NCBI GenBank assembly: GCA_965218695.1
Contig: OZ244651.1
Span: 512,001-576,000, forward strand
DNA: 64,000 nt
From: Nitrosopumilus sp.
GTDB taxonomy: Archaea; Thermoproteota; Nitrososphaeria; Nitrososphaerales; Nitrosopumilaceae
Reading direction: 5' to 3'
The notes under the pieces were generated by a model. The model saw nothing but the letters and a program-made list of their open reading frames with translations, ran no database searches and was not told where the DNA came from. This document shows, one piece after another, positions 31,301 to 40,777 of this stretch. The first letter of the stretch is position 1. Each line of letters begins with the position of its first letter. The translations under genes were made by a program, and so were the position numbers.

Positions 31301-33288
31301 CGAACCCGACCAACCTCATAGTGTGGCTCATGCCGGCCGTCACGGATTCTGTCGCGTACGCCGTGGTGGCGCAGTATTCAATCATGAATGTCGAGACAGA
31401 GGTGGAACCTGCCGGGGGATCCGGGCAGGCACCGGAAGACGGGTTTGCCGGCAGGCCGGCAGATCTTCCTGCCGTCGAGGAGCAGCAGGCATTGGAACTG
31501 TTTACGGCGCTGGTATCGCTTTCGCAGGGCGCGTTCGGTACCGGCATCTTCGAGGAAGGCTGCGTAGCCACCCCGATGCCGTTTGCAGAGCAGTTCATCA
31601 CCATGTCGTCCGGTACAGGGGCGGTGCATGACGGGACATATGACACGCTGAACCCATACGGAATCAGGGACGCGGCAGTAGAGTTTCCGATAGAGTTCCG
31701 GACTACCGGCGAGCACACGATACGCGTGGTAGGCAACGAGATAGGCGTGTTTGGTGAGACCGAGGATCTGACTGGTTCCTGGACCGAAGCCGACGAATGG
31801 GAGGCCACGATCCGCGTGGAAAACACGCACGCTGCCGGCTATTCGCTGGGAATCACGGCGCTGCCGTTTGGCTCGGACGGCTCAAGCGAGGTCGCGATGG
31901 TCTACCTGCAGGACGGCCAAGGCAGTCTGGTGGACACGAATTCCCTGCCGCTGCGCACGCGGGATCTGGTGGTATCGCAGGCGGCGGATTTCAAAGTCAA
32001 CAGGTATAACAACGCGTTCATACTCAGTGCCGACCTGAACAAGACCGACGGCGTGGCGGTCTCGACTGCCAGCCTGGCTCCCGTGTCGCGGCAGCTTGCC
32101 CCGTCAGACGAGACCGTGGGAACACACATCGACATGCCAGGGGCCGTCCATGTCGGGGAGGAATTCCCGTACACGATACACGAGATAAACCGCAACGGCG
32201 TGCCATTGAGGCTGGCAGACGCGCCGGACGTCTCGTTCGGGGACGGCGTCATGGAAGGCAGCAACGGCAGGCTTGTGGCAGAAGACGCGGACGGAACGGG
32301 AACAATCACCGTGCTTGGCATCGGGGAGCCGGTAACTGAGACAATCGAGGTCGGCAAAAACGAGTTGGGTTTTGAAGCCAAACTTGGAGACGGTGACCAC
32401 AGGGTGGGCGAGACGATCCTGTTGAGGCTGATATCTGACGTGGCCGGCGTGGATTACACCATAGCGTGGCCCTCATGGCTGGAGCACGAGGAGGTAGGCG
32501 ACAACGAGTACGAAATCACGCCCACGCGCGAGAACAACGGCACCATAAACATCGTCGGCGAAAAGAAGGGGTACGGGGCAGAGAGCCATACCGTAAACAT
32601 ATCTGCCATCCACGAGGTGAATCTCAGCGCCCGTGCCGAAGCAGGCGGCAGGTCACTTGCGCTGGAGCCGGAGATAACCAACATAGAGAACAATGAAGCA
32701 GTCGATCCGCCATACACGGGCCCGCCGATATACGTGAGGGTCGCGTACCCGATAGAGCATGTAGCGGCCAGCGGGGACGGGTACCTGTTCACGGGCGTGG
32801 AGGTTGACGGCGAGTTTGAAGCCGTGCCTGAATTTGAGCAATATGTGGACAAGGACGCGCGCATAATAGGACAGTACGAGCGCCAGATATTCATCAACAT
32901 AGCCGATGCCGAAGGCAGCGGCGTGTTCAGGACAGGCGACGAGGTCCACATACGCGCGCCCGACAAGCCGAAACTGCTCTTCTTCATTACCGACGTGTTC
33001 AGCCATTGGGAAGGGGATCTTTCAGGGCGCGGGCCAGGGCCGTTTGTCCTGATTGCTGAAAAAGACCTGTACTCCAGGGCAGTATACATTGAGGACCACA
33101 GTGTCTGGATGGGCCTGGTGTTTGTCGCAGTCGCGGCCATCGTGGTACTTTCGGTGTTCCGCAAGTCGGACCGCCTGAAATGGATGTTCGGCGGCATGTC
33201 CGGGCTGGGCAAGATGAAGCCAAAGAAGAAAGAAAAGAAACCCGCGAAGGAATCAGGCGTGACGGACGGGGCAAATGATGGGTCATGA
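28330..33288 (+). CDS. very large acidic surface protein with Ig-like repeats and C-terminal membrane anchor
   Basis: signal peptide (VPAHA), acidic linker, repeated beta-rich units (LASSDSDV, ITIPAGSN), C-terminal TM plus Lys-rich tail. Confidence 0.8.
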   Translation: MTRTVLVGLIALIALSTVPAHADIESERMANFEHQKWWVGKSLDVGDMFIYELCDPDTFSGLYGGQPWNDRCYHISLHFVTLLLDDSGPQWIVQVVLVNGAGDRQYDVYNIGTDTMRINGLTDDRETANAVQRTIFGLTDFTTKDAKPLIVGESWGVVSSAISPPINFIVRDMAIDDNDREVFRAGYTTTSPSLHRITLHEPFPLGADVHDPHRLQPGSDRIYSYDLVWRGNSFSDDFNDDDWFGVLGGLDAGAFKGLPKLAADPGAAVFDFCTLDVLEPAAPAADLFDELDLADELDLADELDAEFLDDSAEYVVEVEVEGEADVPELPEDVQAIVDVIEPATDVYEDVTVDETVPSISGTPAFEYCVDLLDSEGLTVMPHEFEPLPEVDIGVNFEGGIIEDEFLENGFPEGEIFPDPDFVNLEDELFDLPQDDAPQEFDPPEFEDIQPGLDLPELETTEEQVDTGQFDPELPGNFTGPEEMPPVAEVVIMEDVPDETVPDETVPEATDKNTDILSGIIDAVMGFLDSIVGFLDSIVGFLDSIVGFLGGLGDVLVGVFVMTANVLEVAPEAYAQSDDDNVVQRLLDIITGNNTADDIRDGLRTEIPNIQDLLESENDDEPAFDVDDLIWIPGKMIEGLQYEGMVLLDDAANDPRTVILASSDSDVLEVEREIVVQAGRNSAIFEIVAKSGGTAKVYAAMGGEALSTDDGTVYEINTDPYQIVLIAPNTGGSAIQDDIFSFPDGIQVPGGLDFPDGTDSFNDPVDSAGTTMVGTDTVPVFVYVLDQNGSPATVDADIVLNLGASVGISVPEAITIPAGSNHAKLVAGIDRSGSMHAAAPGLRPYTININRTVDDIDVMLAVAPTVISEGSAAYYYVWLEKDGKPYKPDSIIDVQLTSSDRGVAGFSRAYTDVEFAGYTNTNTVRDKVLTVQMTGGLARGLVYTGDRGIATLTASVSQYGTASYGVHVGATSISDAGLCAEADDGSMFIGRPNPTNLIVWLMPAVTDSVAYAVVAQYSIMNVETEVEPAGGSGQAPEDGFAGRPADLPAVEEQQALELFTALVSLSQGAFGTGIFEEGCVATPMPFAEQFITMSSGTGAVHDGTYDTLNPYGIRDAAVEFPIEFRTTGEHTIRVVGNEIGVFGETEDLTGSWTEADEWEATIRVENTHAAGYSLGITALPFGSDGSSEVAMVYLQDGQGSLVDTNSLPLRTRDLVVSQAADFKVNRYNNAFILSADLNKTDGVAVSTASLAPVSRQLAPSDETVGTHIDMPGAVHVGEEFPYTIHEINRNGVPLRLADAPDVSFGDGVMEGSNGRLVAEDADGTGTITVLGIGEPVTETIEVGKNELGFEAKLGDGDHRVGETILLRLISDVAGVDYTIAWPSWLEHEEVGDNEYEITPTRENNGTINIVGEKKGYGAESHTVNISAIHEVNLSARAEAGGRSLALEPEITNIENNEAVDPPYTGPPIYVRVAYPIEHVAASGDGYLFTGVEVDGEFEAVPEFEQYVDKDARIIGQYERQIFINIADAEGSGVFRTGDEVHIRAPDKPKLLFFITDVFSHWEGDLSGRGPGPFVLIAEKDLYSRAVYIEDHSVWMGLVFVAVAAIVVLSVFRKSDRLKWMFGGMSGLGKMKPKKKEKKPAKESGVTDGANDGS
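29900..29974 (+). repeat. 21-bp tandem repeat x3.5 (GFLDSIV)
   Basis: tggggttccttgacagcatcg read directly. Confidence 0.9.
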
Positions 33289-36287
33289 GGATCATACTTG
33301 GCATGATGATCTGCCTGCTTGCATGCGCGCTTGCAGCAGTCCCGCCTGACTCGTACGCCCAGTCTGCAAACCCGTCTATTTCCTGCAGCGTCAGCGTGCG
33401 CGCATATGCTGCCCCCGCGCCGCTGTATGACGGCGGGGACCGTCGCAACCCGGACAAGTCGTTGTACCCTGGTGATGCCACGCACTACATGTTCGTGTAC
33501 AGGGGCTCGGATACCTGCCTCAGGTTCAAGGTCAACGAACTGAACTCGTACGGCGCGATAGGCGTGATTGACCACGACGTGGCCAAGGCGGTAAACGTGA
33601 CAGGTTTGGAACCAGACGAGTTGCGGCCCGAACTGAGCCCGAGGACACACAGCCACAGCACGTTTGATGTCGCAGTTGAATGGGTTGAGCCCGACGATGA
33701 CGATGAGAGACCGCACGCCGAATGGAGCACGCCGTCGGCCTCGCACAACAGCCACCAAGATCCAGTGTACGAGGACGACGAATCCGTGGAGGCATTCAAG
33801 GAGTTCGTGAAAGACAGATGCACGTCAGACAGGCTGTATGCGGGCTGCGCGTGGGGGCATATCGAAGTAGATACGGACGCCACGGGAAAGGTCTGCCTGC
33901 ACGAGCACATGAAAAGCGAGGGAATACGCATCCCGGACGGCGTGCCTGACGAGTGCAAGAACCGCAACTACATCACGATGTCAGTCGAGGGAGACGGGAA
34001 GAGGTGCAAAAAAAACGATAAGGGGGGATGGGACTGCGACAGGTTTACCCGCACGAATACGGCGAATATAAGGCTCAACGTGCTGGAACCGAACCTGGAA
34101 TTCGAGCTCTCCAAGCCGCCATTATACGACGCGTACGGCTTTGAGACGCAGAACCTGGACGGCACGTACTACCTGCAGGATCCGGTGCATGTCGTGCACC
34201 ATCCTGTCTTCAAATGGAAAGATGATCGTGGAGGCACCATAAAATTCAAGGTATACAGGCACTGGTGCCCTGATGACGGGAAATGCTCGGATTATGAAAA
34301 AAGGACGCAGTTGCCGATAGCCAAGACTTTTGACTGCACGTCTGACAGGTGCAACGAGGCATTTTCAATTACAGGGTTGACTGACACGATATGGAGCCTG
34401 GGAAACGGCGACGGCCAGACTGCGTACAGCGCCACCGATTCCTCGTGGCTCGGCCTGCACGGCCTGCAGTACAGGATAGAGGTGTACAACATCGAATACA
34501 CCGAAGAACGCATACTGAACGCGACCGAAGGCCACACCACCGCAAAAGCAGTCGTGTTTGATCCGGTGTTTGAATCCACCACGTACCCGGTGCTGGCAGA
34601 CGACGAGAAGTACGGCCACGAGAACCGTTTCGCGCTAGCCTCGTGGTACGGCGGCTCCTGGGGCGGCGGAAAGGATGATGCCAACATGACAGAGCCGTAC
34701 GAGTACCGCCGAGCCAGGATGGATGCGGCGTACGGCGCGCTGGCCGGGTACAATCCTGCCAACAGGACTACGCTGTCGTGGAACCTGACATGGAGTGAGG
34801 CGCCCAGGACGCCGGCGCACGTGCTGCAGGAGTACGGCGCGCCAGACTATCCGGACGTGTCGTTTCATTCCACGTCACACCCGCTGCGTCCGGGCCTGGT
34901 ACCGCTGTCAGAAGACGGGGCCGCGATGTGGCCAAAAACCGGCTATGGCAGGATATTCTTTGACTTTCCGGACATTTCACAGTACAGGCTTGGCGAGCCG
35001 GGATCCCGTTACGCGAATGCCACAGCCTACGTCTATACGATGGCGCGCGACTTTGCCTCCGAGCCATACAGGACAACTGCATCCGGCGTGTATACGTATC
35101 CGGATACGCTGTTCCACCAACGCGTGACCATACGATCGGTGGATTCGGAAGGAAACATCAAGCCGCTTGGAATATCGTTGGCATCCGAGCCGCGCCTGGA
35201 CTTGGGCGCCATACCGCTTGCAGATTACATACACGAGAAGGTGTTGCATGACACCGGCGACGCTGGATTTGCCGACTTGGCAGTACACGACACGTACCCG
35301 ATGGGACTTGACATACAGGCAGAAACTGGGTACATTGATGCCAAGGTAAGGCGTACCGCGTCACTGTTTACCACGTTCAGCCACGACGCGCACCAGGGAG
35401 ACGAGGCGCCAGGCGGGCCCGGGCCGCTTTTGCCGCCAGTGCTGTCTTTGCCTGGAATAAACGAGACGTCCACGCTGTTCGGGCCCGTCATATCGCCCGG
35501 CGTGACCGGGCCGAACCCGACAGAAACGGGCCTGAGCGGGCTGTTCGGGTTCTTGTCGCAGGTGGTGGGGATCACGGAGACCATGTCAGACGTGCTGCCA
35601 GACGAGATAGACCGGATAGTCCCGGAAGGATTCAAGCCTGACGGGAACGCGACGGCTTTGCCTCGGCCCGACATCAAGGCGCTCATGGCGTTCCAGAACA
35701 TGAGCAGGGAACTCGGGTACGCTGGCCTGGCCGAGGTGACCGAAGGGACGTACATGGCGTACCCGGACACGTCCAGGATGAACTTTCCGCTGTCGTACGG
35801 CTTGACCATGCCGTCGCCACTCAACGTCACACTCGGCACGGATTTCTATTCCCAGAACATCGACCACCGTTTAGGTGTGACAGAAGGCGGCCTGAACATA
35901 ACCATAAACACGGACAAGGACAACGTCCTGCTGGCAGAACGCACAGGCGACGTCCTGTCCATATCATACGACGAGAATTTTGGCGCGATGCTCGGCGTGG
36001 TAATCGACGGGAGCAACCATGGCAAGCCTGCCGGGTCAATCGGCGCGTGCGCCTGGGGATGCGACATATACGTCGGGTGGGGTAGCCTGGACGTCACTGC
36101 ATACAACAAGTGGGGCGGGGAAGCAAAATATTTCGCAGAAGAATTGGAGGAGCCGCCGCCTGCTGCAATACCAGACACGACATACGATGAGTGGCTTTGG
36201 GTGCTGGCACTGGTGGCTTTTGGCATACTGGCGTACAGGCTTGTCCACAACAGACTTGCAAACGGCATATGGTCTATCCGGGCCTGA
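33285..36287 (+). CDS. large Cys-containing secreted protein with C-terminal membrane anchor
   Basis: signal peptide ending SYAQS, paired cysteines, C-terminal TM; ATGA overlap with the upstream gene. Confidence 0.8.
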   Translation: MRIILGMMICLLACALAAVPPDSYAQSANPSISCSVSVRAYAAPAPLYDGGDRRNPDKSLYPGDATHYMFVYRGSDTCLRFKVNELNSYGAIGVIDHDVAKAVNVTGLEPDELRPELSPRTHSHSTFDVAVEWVEPDDDDERPHAEWSTPSASHNSHQDPVYEDDESVEAFKEFVKDRCTSDRLYAGCAWGHIEVDTDATGKVCLHEHMKSEGIRIPDGVPDECKNRNYITMSVEGDGKRCKKNDKGGWDCDRFTRTNTANIRLNVLEPNLEFELSKPPLYDAYGFETQNLDGTYYLQDPVHVVHHPVFKWKDDRGGTIKFKVYRHWCPDDGKCSDYEKRTQLPIAKTFDCTSDRCNEAFSITGLTDTIWSLGNGDGQTAYSATDSSWLGLHGLQYRIEVYNIEYTEERILNATEGHTTAKAVVFDPVFESTTYPVLADDEKYGHENRFALASWYGGSWGGGKDDANMTEPYEYRRARMDAAYGALAGYNPANRTTLSWNLTWSEAPRTPAHVLQEYGAPDYPDVSFHSTSHPLRPGLVPLSEDGAAMWPKTGYGRIFFDFPDISQYRLGEPGSRYANATAYVYTMARDFASEPYRTTASGVYTYPDTLFHQRVTIRSVDSEGNIKPLGISLASEPRLDLGAIPLADYIHEKVLHDTGDAGFADLAVHDTYPMGLDIQAETGYIDAKVRRTASLFTTFSHDAHQGDEAPGGPGPLLPPVLSLPGINETSTLFGPVISPGVTGPNPTETGLSGLFGFLSQVVGITETMSDVLPDEIDRIVPEGFKPDGNATALPRPDIKALMAFQNMSRELGYAGLAEVTEGTYMAYPDTSRMNFPLSYGLTMPSPLNVTLGTDFYSQNIDHRLGVTEGGLNITINTDKDNVLLAERTGDVLSISYDENFGAMLGVVIDGSNHGKPAGSIGACAWGCDIYVGWGSLDVTAYNKWGGEAKYFAEELEEPPPAAIPDTTYDEWLWVLALVAFGILAYRLVHNRLANGIWSIRA

Positions 36288-36294
36288 TTGTAGA

Positions 36295-36332
36295 TTGGTA
36301 AATTTATGATCTGGACGCCGAATTACCAGGGC
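36295..36332. repeat. degenerate copy of the palindromic mini-repeat
   Basis: ttggtaaatttatgatctggacgccgaattaccagggc between convergent genes. Confidence 0.55.
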
Positions 36333-36336
36333 ACGC

Positions 36337-36630
36337 TCACGAAGAATGTCCCCGCAAACGCAACCACGCCCACGCAATACACATCTCCAGATCCCCGAAC
36401 ATGAGGGCAGCATCAGTATCAAGCCAGCCCTCTACGACATCGACCAACATGTCGGATATCCGTACGTCAAGCATGGCAGGCTCGCCTTCTGCGGGCGGCG
36501 GCCGCACCATGATATGGACAGAATCGCAGGAAGGATGACGTATCGTGCCGTGCATCACGGCATCATTACCGCGCGTCTCCCTGACAGTAAGGCTGAACTT
36601 TGTTGGATTAAACACGACTCTTGCCATCAA
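36337..36630 (-). CDS. hypothetical protein
   Basis: 97-aa ORF co-oriented and overlapping in a run behind the TadC-like gene. Confidence 0.5.
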   Translation of the reverse strand: MMARVVFNPTKFSLTVRETRGNDAVMHGTIRHPSCDSVHIMVRPPPAEGEPAMLDVRISDMLVDVVEGWLDTDAALMFGDLEMCIAWAWLRLRGHSS

Positions 36631-36805
36631 GCGCGTCTTGCACCTTGGGGAGCATTATGCTCATTATGTGATCCTGTATGTCGCTCCGGGCCGTAATTAC
36701 TACATTTCCTGTCTCGGTGGTGACGTGGCGCAACATGTCAGTCTTTGGCATGATAGGATGATGACTGACTTTGAAATAACCCCATTGATAGTTCGCCGAA
36801 GGCAC
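36608..36805 (-). CDS. hypothetical protein
   Basis: 65-aa ORF 15 nt downstream of the TadC-like gene. Confidence 0.45.
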   Translation of the reverse strand: MPSANYQWGYFKVSHHPIMPKTDMLRHVTTETGNVVITARSDIQDHIMSIMLPKVQDALDGKSRV

Positions 36806-36820
36806 GCGCCAACTTGGTAA

Positions 36821-38767
36821 TCACGTCAAAGTTCCGACTATTTCCTCAAGGAATGGCAGCGCGACGCATATTATCGTGCCAAACACGGCAAGCATGCATA
36901 CGTGCATGCTGTGCTTCATGGTAAAGTACGCTATCTTGGAGACCAGGAAACCGATCAGTACGGAGCACTCCACTATGAGAAAGCTCGACTGCTTCTTGAT
37001 CTCTTCGGTCTGCTCTAGCGTAGGGAAATTGATCGGCATCGCCTCCAGCCCCTCAAGCTCTCCTGTTATACTGCTTGTCATCTCGGAAGTTATGAGCAGC
37101 ATCCCCACCATGAGCAGCGGTATGACATAGCCCATTATTATAGATCCCCGAAGCGACGCTATCATTTCGCGCCTGGACTCGACGTACTCCTTGATAAAGT
37201 TGGCAAACGCCTGCAGCGAATGGGTGTCGCCGCCCCCGCTCTCCTGCACCTGCGATAGCACGAAGAACAGTATACGGGACAGCCAGGACGTGGTGCGGGC
37301 CGACTCTGCCGCGGCCGCCAATGACTTGCCAAACATCATCTGTTTTGATATGTCGCGCAATACCGGGCTCAACGCGTCATTCTTGTCCTTGTTTTTTGCC
37401 CTAACATTAACTGCCTCGCGTATCTCCATGCCTTCCAGGCGGCTGTCGGTGACGAATTGCGCGAATGCCGGCAACGCATTGTCCATCCTGAACGTGTCAG
37501 AAAAATGCCTTCTTGCCATGAATGCGTTGGCCCCGCCCCAGACAGCTACTGCGACCCCCAGGACTCCCCAGAGCGGCACGCCTGCAATCAGCGTGACCGG
37601 GACCGTCAGGGCCGCCATTACCAACGGCGGACGATACAGCGGGACAGAGTTGTGCGTGCGCGGCTGCTTTCCGTCCAGCGACATCAGCAGCACGACGATG
37701 ATTATAGGTAGTATTAACATCACCATTATCGTCATGGAGACGGCGTCTTTTCCTGTGGCGACAAACGTGGTTGCAAGCGCCAGGATTGGCATGACTGCCA
37801 TGATCATCAGCACCAGCTGGGCGATCCCGTTTGCCTCAGACGTGTAGTTTTTCACGCTGTTGCGCATGACGCGGAACGCGGATTCGGTGGCCGCGGCCAT
37901 GGTGCTTGCCGTGTTGGTTCCGCTGGTGGTGTAGGCGGCTGCGTAGTTTGCCACAATCTCCTTGAAGGATTCGTTCGGGTGGGTCTCTGCCACCTTGCGG
38001 AGTGCGGTTGTGTGCGACATGGCCATGTACTCGACGTTGCGCTGGAAGATCAACGCGTCCTGGCGCAGCACGGGAAACAGCGTCGTCTTGGATCTCGTTA
38101 TGTGGGTGATGAACTCGTAGAATGACACGCCGACCTTTTCCATTATGCTGGCGCACGCGATGAATACTGGTAATTCATGGCCGATTGCCGATTTTCTCTG
38201 CGACTTTGCGTTCTTTAGTTGGATCAAACCGCTGAACAGCACGCCGGCCGGAACCGCACACAGGCCCAGAAACCCGGGGTGGAAGAGTACGGCAAGCGCG
38301 ACTGCCACCGCGACTGACGGCGGCACCGATAGTATGGCGTGCATTATGCCGTGCCGGACAATCCTCATGGAGTCGTTGGCGTGGCCGGACTCGAATATCG
38401 CGCTGCGCACCTTTTCTGCCATGTATTTTTCCAGTCTGCGTATCGGGGTGATTGACATGAAGGGCTTCAGCATGGTCATGGCGCGGTCCGCAGTCACGGG
38501 CTTGGCCTCAAGCAGGGCGCCGAACCTGCCCTGCAGCACGGCCACGCCGGATCCCGTGACCTGCTGCTTCTTTTCCTTTTTTGCCGTCCTGCTGCGGAGC
38601 AGCGGCCTGATTCTCTCGTGAAACACATCCGCGACGTCTATCTGCGTGAGTACCACGAGTATGATGAATGCCGGTATGGATAATGCAAACAGGCCGGACT
38701 GGCCGAGCGCCATAAGCACGCCCATTATACCGAGCATTCCCAACAAAGAGGTCACGGGCAGGCGCAT
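36821..38767 (-). CDS. type II secretion F-domain (TadC/ArlJ-like) pilus platform protein
   Basis: two repeats of ELP.F / ALP.F ... G.S/GKSL..A ... SG followed by TM segments; about 9 TMs. Confidence 0.85.
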   Translation of the reverse strand: MRLPVTSLLGMLGIMGVLMALGQSGLFALSIPAFIILVVLTQIDVADVFHERIRPLLRSRTAKKEKKQQVTGSGVAVLQGRFGALLEAKPVTADRAMTMLKPFMSITPIRRLEKYMAEKVRSAIFESGHANDSMRIVRHGIMHAILSVPPSVAVAVALAVLFHPGFLGLCAVPAGVLFSGLIQLKNAKSQRKSAIGHELPVFIACASIMEKVGVSFYEFITHITRSKTTLFPVLRQDALIFQRNVEYMAMSHTTALRKVAETHPNESFKEIVANYAAAYTTSGTNTASTMAAATESAFRVMRNSVKNYTSEANGIAQLVLMIMAVMPILALATTFVATGKDAVSMTIMVMLILPIIIVVLLMSLDGKQPRTHNSVPLYRPPLVMAALTVPVTLIAGVPLWGVLGVAVAVWGGANAFMARRHFSDTFRMDNALPAFAQFVTDSRLEGMEIREAVNVRAKNKDKNDALSPVLRDISKQMMFGKSLAAAAESARTTSWLSRILFFVLSQVQESGGGDTHSLQAFANFIKEYVESRREMIASLRGSIIMGYVIPLLMVGMLLITSEMTSSITGELEGLEAMPINFPTLEQTEEIKKQSSFLIVECSVLIGFLVSKIAYFTMKHSMHVCMLAVFGTIICVALPFLEEIVGTLT

Positions 38768-38846
38768 GCGTATGAGGCTCGGTATGCTTAAAACGGCAAT
38801 TGTGCGCGAAAAAACACCCTTTTAAAGAAACCGTTTTTTCAATTCA

Positions 38847-39476
38847 ATGAAGTCCACAATAACGAAGTCCATGACTACAAGATCCCTAACGAGGAAGAGG
38901 AGGGCCGTATCGGCAATCGTCGGAATCATGCTCGGCCTCGGCCTTACTGCCGTGGCAGCAGGCGGACTATACGTGATGACGTCTGACCTTTCTGACAGCG
39001 CGGTATCCATAACGTCTGTAGAGATACAGAATGCCAGGGCGTACAATACCGGAAATGTAGCATATGTGTCATTGAGTATCAAGAATACTGGTACAGATGC
39101 AGCATCGGATTTGAGTGCAGTAGTATTGCTTGCATGTAATGGCGAGGCCGCCGCAAAGGCCACACTCACGGATGCTACACTCAAGGCTGCAACCACAGAC
39201 TGCGTCGCAGCCCAATACGCCAGTCCTCCAACACAATCTACAGCCCCAGGTACGCTAGAATCGATACCCATAGGTGCAGAAATAGATGATTTGGCACCAG
39301 GCGGAACTGCCAGCATATCAGGTGGTGTCGCACTCACAGATTCTGCCAGTACGACTGCGCGAGACTCAGGGGATAAAATTGCGTTTGCCGTAGGACAAGA
39401 ATACCTCATAGAGATATCAGGTACGACAGCAGCAAACGAACCCATTATTCAGACTGCGACAGTCAGAGTACGATAA
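38847..39476 (+). CDS. archaeal type IV pilin
   Basis: class III signal peptide RKRRA|VSAIVGIMLGLGLTAVAAGG; IKNTG; GQEYLIEI. Confidence 0.88.
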   Translation: MKSTITKSMTTRSLTRKRRAVSAIVGIMLGLGLTAVAAGGLYVMTSDLSDSAVSITSVEIQNARAYNTGNVAYVSLSIKNTGTDAASDLSAVVLLACNGEAAAKATLTDATLKAATTDCVAAQYASPPTQSTAPGTLESIPIGAEIDDLAPGGTASISGGVALTDSASTTARDSGDKIAFAVGQEYLIEISGTTAANEPIIQTATVRVR

Positions 39477-39481
39477 TCTCA

Positions 39482-39492
39482 TTTCTTTTTTT
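39482..39492 (+). terminator. oligo-T terminator
   Basis: tttcttttttt right after the pilin stop. Confidence 0.55.
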
Positions 39493-39539
39493 GATTCCAT
39501 GGGGGCAACCCCGATTCTTGCCGCATGTAGTTATGTTAA

Positions 39540-40262
39540 ATGCCCACCGGGCATATGAAACGCATGCCACGCAACAATACCGCAGGCCTGAAGCGCACCA
39601 TTGCCGATGCGTGGAACGCAGAATATGATTCCGGCAAATATGCCGGCGAACCCCCGGTGGCGTTTGCAGGCGAGATAGCCGACTTTCTGGCCGAAAGGTC
39701 CAGACACCGAGACGGACGGGGCCTGTACGTGGGGTGCGGGAACGGCCGAAACTACGTCATGCTGTCCAAAGCCGGACTGGATATCACCGGACTTGACGTG
39801 TCTGCAGTCGGGCTAAGACAGATAGCAGAGAAGGAACCGTGGCTGGCGCCCAGGCTGGCATGCTGCGACTTTCTGGATTATGCCGGCGGGCCGTTCCAAT
39901 ACTTGATCTCCATACAGGCGTTCCAGCACGGCACAAGAACAACGGCAGAGGCGTACTTTCAAAAGACCGCGCGGGTGCTGGTTCCTGGCGGGATACTCTT
40001 TTTGCGCGTGAACGCCTCTGACACCGACGTGCTGCATCCGCACCGCGTCACGGAGGAGTCAAACGGTGGTTTCACGGTTCTGTACGAGGACGGCCCGAAG
40101 CGCGGGCTGCACGTGCATTTTTTTTCGTTGGGAGAACTGGAGACACTCATCAGTAACAACGGCATGCGCATAGTGGGCGCGCCCAAAAAAGTCACGGCTG
40201 GTCGCCAAAGTAAATGCGGCACGTGGGTGCAATGGGAAATTGTAGCAGTGAGGGATAAGTGA
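39540..40262 (+). CDS. class I SAM-dependent methyltransferase
   Basis: LYVGCGNGRN, GLDVS, L.PGG.LF. Confidence 0.85.
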   Translation: MPTGHMKRMPRNNTAGLKRTIADAWNAEYDSGKYAGEPPVAFAGEIADFLAERSRHRDGRGLYVGCGNGRNYVMLSKAGLDITGLDVSAVGLRQIAEKEPWLAPRLACCDFLDYAGGPFQYLISIQAFQHGTRTTAEAYFQKTARVLVPGGILFLRVNASDTDVLHPHRVTEESNGGFTVLYEDGPKRGLHVHFFSLGELETLISNNGMRIVGAPKKVTAGRQSKCGTWVQWEIVAVRDK

Positions 40263-40375
40263 CGGGCGGTGTTGTTTGATATGGAAACATGCCATAGACA
40301 CCATAATCGACACCAGCCACGTTGGGTGTGGGTGTATTACAAGAATATGCTTGGACGCGCTTGAAATGAAAACAA

Positions 40376-40516
40376 TCATTCTGATTTAATCAACCACACT
40401 ATTCCAGCACCGCTTATGATTGCTCCCGCAATCCATAGATAGTTACCACTAATTAGACCGCCTATGAGAATCGGCATGCCAACAGCACATGCAACTATGC
40501 CTGGAATATAATTCAA
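40376..40516 (-). CDS. 46-aa two-TM microprotein (not in ORF track)
   Basis: TTG start, NYIPGIVACAVGMPILIGGLISGNYLWIAGAIISGAGIVWLIKSE*; 4 nt after the upstream stop. Confidence 0.45.
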   Translation of the reverse strand: MNYIPGIVACAVGMPILIGGLISGNYLWIAGAIISGAGIVWLIKSE

Positions 40517-40520
40517 AATC

Positions 40521-40727
40521 TTAAAACCCGACCCCGATTAACCCGAAGAAAGCAAAGTTTAGCGCCACCTCAACCACGGTCAGCACGATGCCAAGGTACA
40601 GGTTGTTTTTGGCCTTGCCGGGATCGTCTGAACGTATGACAAAGTACGATATCAGGCCGCCCACCACGCCCAAAAATATGGGCAACAAAAACCACCAGTT
40701 GCTGCGCGTTCGTGCCTCCAGGGATAT
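40521..40727 (-). CDS. small membrane protein lacking a canonical start (not in ORF track)
   Basis: RSNWWFLLPIFLGVVGGLISYFVIRSDDPGKAKNNLYLGI resembles a small archaeal membrane protein family; only ATA/CTG starts available. Confidence 0.6.
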   Translation of the reverse strand: MSLEARTRSNWWFLLPIFLGVVGGLISYFVIRSDDPGKAKNNLYLGIVLTVVEVALNFAFFGLIGVGF

Positions 40728-40777
40728 GTGTCACGAATTTTGGTTAAAGGCATTTCGTCGGATCCCGTTCACGAAGG

